Part shown: piece after piece, positions 1 to 8,479 of the stretch
How positions within the stretch are numbered: the stretch's first letter is position 1
Layout of the letters: each line of letters opens with the position of its first letter
Origin: Anaeramoeba ignava BMAN
Taxonomy: Eukaryota; Protista; Anaeramoebae
Direction of reading: 5' to 3'
DNA length: 64,000 bases
NCBI GenBank assembly: GCA_028826165.1
Contig: JAPDFW010000087.1
Span: 124,001 to 188,000 of the forward strand
Position numbers and translations under genes: made by a program
Notes under the pieces: generated by a model
What the model was told of the DNA's origin: nothing
Databases searched by the model: none
What the model saw: the letters and a program-made list of their open reading frames with translations, nothing else

Positions 1-1900
1 TTATATCAATTTTATATCAATTTTATATCAATTTTATATTAATTTTATATTAATTTTATATCAATTTTATAAAAATTTTATATTAATTTTAAATTAATTT
101 TAAATCAATTTTATATCAATTTTATATTAATTTTATATCAATTTTATATCAATTTTATATTAATTTTATATTAATTTTATATTAATTTCAAATCAATTTT
201 ATATCAATTCCAAATCAATTTTAAATTAATTTTATATCAATTCTAAATAAATTTTATATCAATTTTAAATCAATTTTATATCAATTTTATATTAATTTTA
301 AATCAATTTTATATCAATTTTTATATCAATTTTATATCAATTTTATATCAATTTTATATCAATTTTATATTAATTTTAAATCAATTTTAAATCAATTTTA
401 AATCAATTTTTATATTAATTTTATATTAATTTTATATCAATTTTATATTAATTTTTATATTAATTTTATATTAATTTTAAATTAATTTTAAATTAATTTT
501 ATATCAATTTTATATTAATTTTATATTAATTTTTATATCAATTTTATATTAATTTTATATCAATTTTATATCAATTTTTATATCTATTTTAAATCAATTT
601 TATATTAATTTTAAATCAATTTTATATTAATTTTATATCAATTTTATATCAATTTTATATCTATTTTAAATCAATTTTTAAATCAATTTTTAAATTAATT
701 TTATATTAATTTTATATCAATTTTATATCAATTTTATATCAATTTTTATATCAATTTTATATCAATTTTATATCAATTTTATATTAATTTTATATCAATT
801 TTATATTAATTTTTATATCAATTTTATATCAATTTTATATCAATTCCAAATCAATTCCAAATCAATTTTATATTAATTTTATATCAATTTTAAATTAATT
901 TTATATCAATTTTATATCAATTTTTATATTAATTTTATAATTAATTTTATATTAATTTTATATCAATTTTATATTAATTTTAAATCAATTTTATATCAAT
1001 TTTATATCAATTCTATATCAATTTTATATCAATTTTATATCAATTTTATATTAATTTTAAATCAATTTTATATTAATTTTATATTAATTTTATATCAATT
1101 TTATATCAATTTTATATTAATTTTATATCAATTTTATATCAATTTTATATCAATTTTAAATCAATTTTATATCAATTTTATACAATCAATTTTATATCAA
1201 TTTTATATCAATTTTATATCAATTTTAAATCAATTTTAAATCAATTTTATATTAATTTTTATATCAATTTTATATCAATTTTATATCAATTTTATATCAA
1301 TTTTATATCAATTTTAAATCAATTTTAAATTAATTTTATATTAATTTTATATCAATTTTATATTAATTTTATATCAATTTTTATATCAATTTTATATTAA
1401 TTTTTAAATTAATTTTATATTAATTTTATATCAATTTTAAATTAATTTTATATTAATTTTATATCAATTTTATATTAATTTTATATCAATTCCAAATCAA
1501 TTCCAAATCAATTTTAAATCAATTTTATATTAATTTTATATCAATTTTAAATTAATTTTATATTAATTTTAAATCAATTTTAAATCAATTTTAAATCAAT
1601 TTTATATCAATTTTATATTAATTTTAAATCAATTCCAAATCAATTTTATATTAATTCTATATCAATTTTATATTAATTTTAAATCAATTTTATATCAATT
1701 TTATATTAATTTTAAATCAATTCCAAATCAATTCCAAATCAATTCCAAATCAATTCCAAATCAATTTCAAATCAATTTTATATCAATTCCAAATCAATTC
1801 CAAATCAATTTTATATCAATTTTAAATCAATTTTAAATCAATTTTATATTAAATTCTAAATAAATTTTATATCAATTTTATAAAAAATTTTATATTAAAT
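1..1900. repeat. 11-bp tandem microsatellite (TTTTATATCAA/TTTTATATTAA/TTTTAAATCAA), probably filling an intron of the radical SAM-reductase gene
   Basis: Degenerate 11-mer repeated continuously from base 1; ends shortly before a TTAG acceptor at 1937-1940 that precedes coding sequence. Confidence 0.9.
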
Positions 1901-1940
1901 TCTATAAAAATCCTATAAAAAATTTCATTAAATTTGTTAG

Positions 1941-4935
1941 ATTGGAAACTTCTTACCAAACGAAAAAGCTTTTTTTATTGGGACTTTAGGAAGAAATTTA
2001 TCTTGTAAATTCCATAAACATTGTGTTAATGAATTCCTTCCAAAAAAAACAGATCGCGAAATTGAAGATATTTATAAAGGTGATCCAATGTCTCCTGAAG
2101 ATATAATTAAGAAATGTGAAGAAAATGAATGTAGAATTATCGTTTTTGCTTATTATGTAATTCATTAATTTTGAAAGGAAAAAAAAAATTTTTTATTTTT
2201 TAACAAATTTTTTTTTGGAATTAAATTAGGAACCAACAATTTATAGTGAATATGCTGTTGAAATTGCAAAGTAAATTAAAAATAAATATAAATTAAAAAA
2301 TAAAAATAAAATTAAATAATTGGAATTTTTTTTGCTTTTACAAGACTTGCAAAACAAAAAGAAATCAAAACAATTTACATTACAAACGGATACATGACAC
2401 AAGAAACAATAGAATACATTTTCCCCCACATAAACGCAGTAAATGTGAATCTGCACTCATTTAGAAACTCAACGTATCAGAAACTCACAAACGCAAGACT
2501 TGCTCCAATTTTAAAAAACATTGAAAGATTTTACAAACTTGGAGTTTGGGTCGAAATTACAACCCCAATAACTCCAGAACTCAACGACAAGCAAGAGGAA
2601 CTGGAGGAGATTGCACAATTCATCTCATCCTTGGATCCAAATATTCCTTGGCATATTGCACCTCATTATGGATTACAAACTCCAATTCAAGAATCAATAC
2701 TTGAAAAAGCTAGAGAAATTGGCGAAAAAGAAGGACTCAATTTTATTTATACTTATAATTACAACAAATTCAGCAAATCAAATCCTGTCAATTCCGAAGA
2801 GAATAAACCGCAAAATATCAACAATATCATTTGCCCAAATTGCAGAGAAATCGTTGCCAAAAGAACAAATACAAAAACAGAATATTTGGAAATGAGTAGT
2901 GAAGGAAAGTGCGCAAAATGCTCACAAATAATACCAGGAATTTGGGATTCGAAAACAGAGAATCTATTAGTTCCCAAAATAGAGCCAAATTCACCTGAAG
3001 CTCAGGAGATTATTTGGGGTTCAGGAATTCAAGAACAACAAAAATCCTTTTTTGAAGATTCTAAATTTGATAGAGATCATCGAGTCTTGATTTTATTTGG
3101 AACTCAAACAGGAACATCTGAAGAATACGCCCACCAATTAATGAGATCGATACAGGAAGATGAAAAAGCTGGTGGTTCGTTTGATGTAAGAGTTGTAGAT
3201 CTTGATAATTATCCAAGTCATTTACTTTTGACAGAATCATTAGTTATAATTGTTACTTCAACTTTTGGAGAAGGACAAGTAAGAAAAACAAACAAATTCA
3301 TCTCTTTTTTTATTTTAAATTTTTTTTTTTTAACAAAAAAAAAGCCGCCAACAAATGCAATGAAACTTTATGATTTTATTAAAAATCAAGATCCAAAAAA
3401 AACTCCTTTTTTACTTGAAAATTTAAAATTTGCCATTTTTGGTTTGGGTAGTTCAATGTATACTGAAAGATACCAAAAATTTGCTCGATTTCTTGATTCC
3501 AGATTGGAAGAATTGGGAGCAAAGAAACTTCACAGACTTGGTGAAGGTGATGTGATGAAATCAATTGATGAACCATTCTCGAAATGGACTCAATCTTTAT
3601 TAAACAAGTTGATCAAAAAGCATGGAGCATCAAAAACTGGAATTGTTTCCAAAAAATCACAACTTGAAGTTGTCTTTGAAGATGAAATGAAAAAAAATGC
3701 AAATATCAAAGAAAAAGATGAAAAACCAAAAATTGATACAACAGAAGTAAAACATTTTTTGTTTTTTTTTTTTACAAAAACAAGACAACAAAATTAATTT
3801 CAAAATTTTTTTTACTAAAATTTGATTTGGAAAGAAAATTCATCTTAGATTGGTGAACAAAAAAGAACTTTTAAATTATCCTCCACAAGAGAATCGAAAT
3901 TGCAAGCATTTAGAATTCGAAATTATTGGAGACGAGAAAAGAATATTTGAATCAGGAGATCACATTGGGATACATCCACCAAATCCAATCAAATTAGTGG
4001 AAAAATTTGGGAAATTATTGAAAATTGATTTGAATCGGAAAATCCAAATCCATCCTTTCTGGAAGCACGAAGGATTTTTGTCAATCCGAGAAGTGCTTAC
4101 AAAAGATTACAATCTGACATATCCAGTAAACCAAAACAAATTGAAGTCTTTGTCCAAACACTGTGTGAATCTGCAAGAACAAGAAGAACTTTACAAACTA
4201 TCGAAGGATCCGATGAAATATGATGAATGGATGATTTTCCATCAACGAGGAATTGTTGATGTTTTTGAGAATTTCCCACATATCGAGCTGTCATTTTCGC
4301 GACTTTTTGAGCTTCTTTCGAAACAACCGATGAGATTTTATTCGATCTCGTCTTCACCAAAAATATCACAAAAGAAATTCACATTAACAGTGCAAGTAAT
4401 GGAAAATGGATTGTGTTCGAATTTTTTAGCGAACATGAAAGAAGGAACAGAAATTGAAGCTCATTTGCAAAAATCATCGTTTCAAGTTGATCATTCAAAG
4501 CCGCTTGTTACAATCTCAACAGGAACAGGATTTGCACCAATTCGGGCTGTAATTCAAGACAGAACTACAATGGACAAAAAGGAGTTGGGTTGGTTGAATG
4601 TTTTCTACGGAGCAAGAACAGCCAAAATGGACGCGATTTATAAGGAAGAAATTGATCAACTCAAAAATCAAGGTTTTATCAATGAAGTTTTTTATGCGTT
4701 TTCTCGTGATCAAAAGGAAAAGATTTATGTACAACATCTTTTGCGTAAACAAAGTCAACTTGTTATTTCTTGTGTGAATGAAGGTGGTTCTATTCTTGTT
4801 TGCGGACAAATTGAGATGGGTTTGGAAATTCAATCTGTTTTAAAAGAGATTCTTGGAGAGAAAACTTTTAGTGATTTTTCACAAACTGGGAGATTTTTTT
4901 TAGAAACATGGAATTCGGGACACGTCAAAAAATAA
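1941..4935 (+). CDS. 5'-partial fusion protein: AmmeMemoRadiSam (AmrS)-like radical SAM domain + CPR-like diflavin (FMN/FAD/NADPH) oxidoreductase
   Basis: Spliced exons 1941-2156, 2230-2270, 2345-3278, 3345-3746, 3835-4935 join in frame through GT-AG introns. AmrS-like motifs: FLPNEKAFFIGTLG-RNLSCKFH, MSPEDII, AYYEPTIYSEYA, TNGYMT, GVWVEITT..LND, IPWH, CPNC..CAKC..IPGIW. Flavodoxin motifs: LFGTQTGTSE, TSTFGEGQPPTNA, FGLGSSMY. FAD/NADPH motifs: RFYSISSSP, GLCSNFL, TGTGFAP, AFSRDQKEKIYVQH, VCG, LETW. Confidence 0.85.
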
Positions 4936-5068
4936 TAAAAAAAAAATTTTTTAAATTAAATTTTAAATTAAAAAAAAAATTGAAAGGAGAAAATAAAGAC
5001 GAAAAAAAAAATTAAAAAAATTTTTATAAACAAATTTCATTTTTTTTTTAAAAATTGGAAAAAAAAAA

Positions 5069-7021
5069 ATGGAAATTGAAAAAATCATTCGTTGCGCAGA
5101 ATGTAATGCTGTGTATCAAGAAAACGCTTTTAGTTCACCATTATGCCAACATTCGTTTTGTGGGAATTGTTTTATGAAGATGAAAAAAGAAGCAATTGAG
5201 AACAACCCATATGAAAATTCCAACGAGACTGTATTCATTATGGAGTGTCCAGTATGTCATGTAGTGGGGAAAATTCAAGAGGACGAAGAGATGTATGCAA
5301 ACCGAGCGTTAAGCATGTTAGCGAAAACATTCACGAACATGCCATTTTCACGGCAAGAAAAGTCGCAACTGTGCGAGGAGTGCGAAGCGGAAGAAGCAAC
5401 TGAGAGATGCGAGGAATGCGGGGTGTACTTATGCAAGAAATGCGGAGAAAAAACACACTCTTTTCAGGTGCTTAAGTCCCATCATCGAGTGCCTTACAAC
5501 TCGAAAAATCCTGAGATCTCAAAAGAAAACTTGACATGTCCGCTCCATCCGAATAGGATGAAGGAGTATTTCTGCACAAAGTGCAATATGGCGATTTGTG
5601 TCGACTGCATTGTTCTCGGAGAACATCGCGAGCACGATATCGTTAAACTTGAGCATCTCGCGCAAGGAGCAGAGACTCGAGTCAGTTTAGCTTTGACAAG
5701 AAACGCGTCAATTATAAATCAATTAGAATCCAAGCTCAGTAAAATCCGTTCTTTGCAGGACTCCCTTGGCGACAAGCTGTCCCGCACAAAGTTGATTCTC
5801 GAGAAGCGCTTTATCGAGGCTTATGACGCGCTTGAGAACCGACAGGCTGCCTTGGTTCAGGAACTTGACGACGTCGGTTACACTGTTTCTGCCGGAATCC
5901 AACGGTTTTTGAATTCAAATAAAAGACAAATTAACGTTCTCACTTTGTGCAAGCAATTCGCCCAGCAAATTATACAGATTAACAATCCAATGGTTCTTCA
6001 TGAATTCGAAAATATTCTTGAGAAAATTCTTTCAACTGAAGGTTTTGATGAGAAGGAATTCAACAAGTCGCAATATGAAATAACCGCCGAATTCGAATCA
6101 GTTGAGGATGAGACACTTCGTCTGGCAACAATCACAGCACCAAAATTCTACGGTCTTTTAGGCCACCAAGTCCTTGAGATCAGCGACCGTTATGAATTGC
6201 CTGAAGAAGAAATGGACTTTTTCAAGGTTGTCATTAAATCAGGAGGTGTTTTAACAGTCAAAGCTTGGAACGGAACTGATGGCGGTTGCATTCGACTCAA
6301 CATCCGCGACAAATTGGTAATCGAATCAGGAGGCAAAATTGATCTCACCGGCTTGGGTTATCGCGGAGGTGAAGCCGTGAACCAAGCCACAGAAGGCCGA
6401 GCCAAACAAGGAGAGAGTCACAACGGAAAAGGGGGTGATCAACAAACTGCCAACAACGGAGGCGGCGGTGGTGGATTAGGAACTGGTGCCTTTGGCGGTT
6501 ACGGTGGAGGTGGCGGCGGCTATGGAACCAAAGGAAAAGACGCCGGCGCAAATACTTATTCCAGTGGTTTTCATCCTGGTGCAACTGGTGGAGACACTTA
6601 TGGTGATGAGCAAATCTCAACTCTTTATCGTGGATCAGGTGGTGGATCTGGTCATCCTTACTCAAACGGTCAAACAAAAGGCAAAGGTGGTAACGGTGGT
6701 GGCGCATTGTTGATTAGAGCTAGAATGGTCATCAATGACGGTGAGATTCTTTGTGATGGTGAAAAAGGTGAAGACGGTATTTCTGGTACTTATGGTTCTG
6801 GTGGTGGCGGTGGAAGTGGTGGATCAATATTGATCTTCGCAAATCTTATTAATAATGGCAAAATTTCTGCTCTTGGTGGAAAAGGTGGTGTTAATACTAA
6901 TCCGGGTTATCAAGGTATTTGCTCAAATGGTGGTGATGGTGGTGATGGAAGAATTGCTCTAAAGGGAATTCTTAAAGGAAATCCAACAACTCCAAACGCT
7001 TTTCTTTTAAAGAAAAAGTGA
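5069..7021 (+). CDS. TRIM-like E3 ligase: RING + two B-boxes + coiled coil + C-terminal glycine-rich domain
   Basis: Intronless 650-aa ORF. RING CAEC..CQHSFCGNC..CPVC, B-box CEEC..CEEC..LCKKC..H..HH, B-box CPLH..FCTKC..ICVDC..H..H, helical region, then a GG-rich domain of ~270 aa. Confidence 0.85.
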   Translation: MEIEKIIRCAECNAVYQENAFSSPLCQHSFCGNCFMKMKKEAIENNPYENSNETVFIMECPVCHVVGKIQEDEEMYANRALSMLAKTFTNMPFSRQEKSQLCEECEAEEATERCEECGVYLCKKCGEKTHSFQVLKSHHRVPYNSKNPEISKENLTCPLHPNRMKEYFCTKCNMAICVDCIVLGEHREHDIVKLEHLAQGAETRVSLALTRNASIINQLESKLSKIRSLQDSLGDKLSRTKLILEKRFIEAYDALENRQAALVQELDDVGYTVSAGIQRFLNSNKRQINVLTLCKQFAQQIIQINNPMVLHEFENILEKILSTEGFDEKEFNKSQYEITAEFESVEDETLRLATITAPKFYGLLGHQVLEISDRYELPEEEMDFFKVVIKSGGVLTVKAWNGTDGGCIRLNIRDKLVIESGGKIDLTGLGYRGGEAVNQATEGRAKQGESHNGKGGDQQTANNGGGGGGLGTGAFGGYGGGGGGYGTKGKDAGANTYSSGFHPGATGGDTYGDEQISTLYRGSGGGSGHPYSNGQTKGKGGNGGGALLIRARMVINDGEILCDGEKGEDGISGTYGSGGGGGSGGSILIFANLINNGKISALGGKGGVNTNPGYQGICSNGGDGGDGRIALKGILKGNPTTPNAFLLKKK

Positions 7022-7206
7022 TTTTTTTTTCTTTATTTAAAAAGAAAAGATTTCCTTTTCATTTCACCTTTATTTTTTTTTTATCGAAATTTCCCTAAAA
7101 AAAAAAAGAAAAAAAAAATAATAATAAAAATAAAAAAGAAAAGAAATTTTTCCAAAACAACATTGAAATTTATAAAAATATTGAAGTAATTTTTCCAAAA
7201 ACATGA

Positions 7207-7410
7207 AATTTATAAAAATATAAAAAATAATTTCATTTTCATTTTCATTTTCATTTTCATTTCTGATTTGATTCCCATTTCTTAATCCATTCTAATATCA
7301 AATCTAAATTTATAAAAATATAAAAAATATTTTCATTTTCATTTTCATTTTCATTTTCATTTCTGATTTGATTCCCATTTCTTAATCCATTCTAATATCA
7401 AATCTAAATT
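7207..7410. repeat. ~100-bp tandem duplication that includes the last codons and stop of AK6
   Basis: TCATTTCTGATTTGATTCCCATTTCTTAATCCATTCTAATATCAAATCTAAATT occurs at 7257-7310 and again at 7357-7410, each preceded by the same (TTTTCA)n tract. Confidence 0.85.
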
Positions 7411-8054
7411 TCTCTCTAAATCATTAATCTCATTATTTTCAAGTTCTAAAATGATTTCTTTCTTGTAACTATCCTCTGCCTCTTCAAGAATAACTCCAAA
7501 AATTTCAGATTCAATATTATCAGTAAGTTTTTTTTGGTGATAATTTCTCTTAGAAAGTCTATCATAAAGAACAGTATTATTTGTGCGCAAAACAACAACC
7601 AAATCAAACCATCTTTCAGGAAAAAAATCACATCCATGATAATCCACAATATTTCCTCCCAAATTCATTTGGTTTTCAAGTTCATCGCATATTTTATCTT
7701 CATCAATAATATAGCATTTATATTCATCATCCCATCCATCGCATAAATTCTTTTCTTTTGCAAGCAGAGAAATGTCATGATGAACATATCCTGTTGATTG
7801 ACTAAGTTGTTGAGCAAGTGAAGTTTTTCCTTTTAAATTTACAAAATGAATTTTATATAAAAAAATTTTTTTTTTAATAATTTTGAAATGAATTTTGAAA
7901 ATAATTTTAAAAAGAATTTTAAAAAGAATTTTAAAAATAATTTTGAAATGAATTTTGAAATGAATTTTGAAATGAATTTTAAAATACCAGTTCCTGGTGT
8001 TCCTGTTATTAAAATATTAGGGATTTTTCTTTGAGGAATTTGTTTAAATTCCAT
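7357..8054 (-). CDS. AK6: Adenylate kinase 6 (Fap7/hCINAP family)
   Basis: Exons 8054-7988 and 7829-7357 give PNILITGTPGTGKTS (P-loop) and IVDYHGCDFFPERWFDLVVVLRT..LYDRL..RNY. Confidence 0.93.
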
Positions 8055-8119
8055 TTTAAAAAAAAATGAAAGAAAAAATGAATTTAAAATTTTTTCATTT
8101 TTTTATTTATTTATTAAAA

Positions 8120-8467
8120 ATGTCTTCAGATGAACTTTCTTTACAAGAAATTGTTATTCCTGTTGAAGAAACTTCTAATACAAAAACTGAGAATGAATTT
8201 GATTTTAATTCTGATGATTTTACTAATAAAGAAAAAAATTGTTTTCTTTCTGATGATTGCACTTCGGATGAATTTAATCCTTTATCTTCTTCTGATGTTG
8301 AAGAACAAAAAACTTTTATTCTTCCTTTTGAAAAAATTCAAAATATAAAAATCTCAAAAAAAATTAATAAAAAAATGTTTCTTTTTGATGATGATATTGA
8401 TAATGTTGATAATGATGAAAATTATTTGAAAGTTGTTGAATTAATTAATTTGAATAAAAGAAAATGA
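8120..8467 (+). CDS. Hypothetical small acidic protein (~115 aa)
   Basis: ORF with coding-like composition; the likely start is ATG 8120 (AAAAATG context) downstream of a TCATTT motif; no recognisable domain. Confidence 0.5.
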   Translation: MSSDELSLQEIVIPVEETSNTKTENEFDFNSDDFTNKEKNCFLSDDCTSDEFNPLSSSDVEEQKTFILPFEKIQNIKISKKINKKMFLFDDDIDNVDNDENYLKVVELINLNKRK

Positions 8468-8479
8468 AAAGAAATTAAG

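Noticed and set aside
1-1900. Telomeric or subtelomeric repeat at the window ends (also 62615-64000)
   Set aside because: No G-rich telomere motif; both tracts adjoin splice sites of interrupted genes and are best read as introns
2394-3797. Calling the first gene TYW1 or pyruvate formate-lyase activase
   Set aside because: TYW1 has flavodoxin N-terminal to the radical SAM domain and no FAD/NADPH module; the YxEP, WVEITT, IPWH and C-terminal CPxC..CxxC..IPGIW motifs fit the AmmeMemoRadiSam family better than PflA
1941-7021. Bacterial contamination or a prokaryotic operon
   Set aside because: The fusion gene has spliceosomal introns, and the TRIM-like gene has eukaryotic RING/B-box domains and host-type flanks
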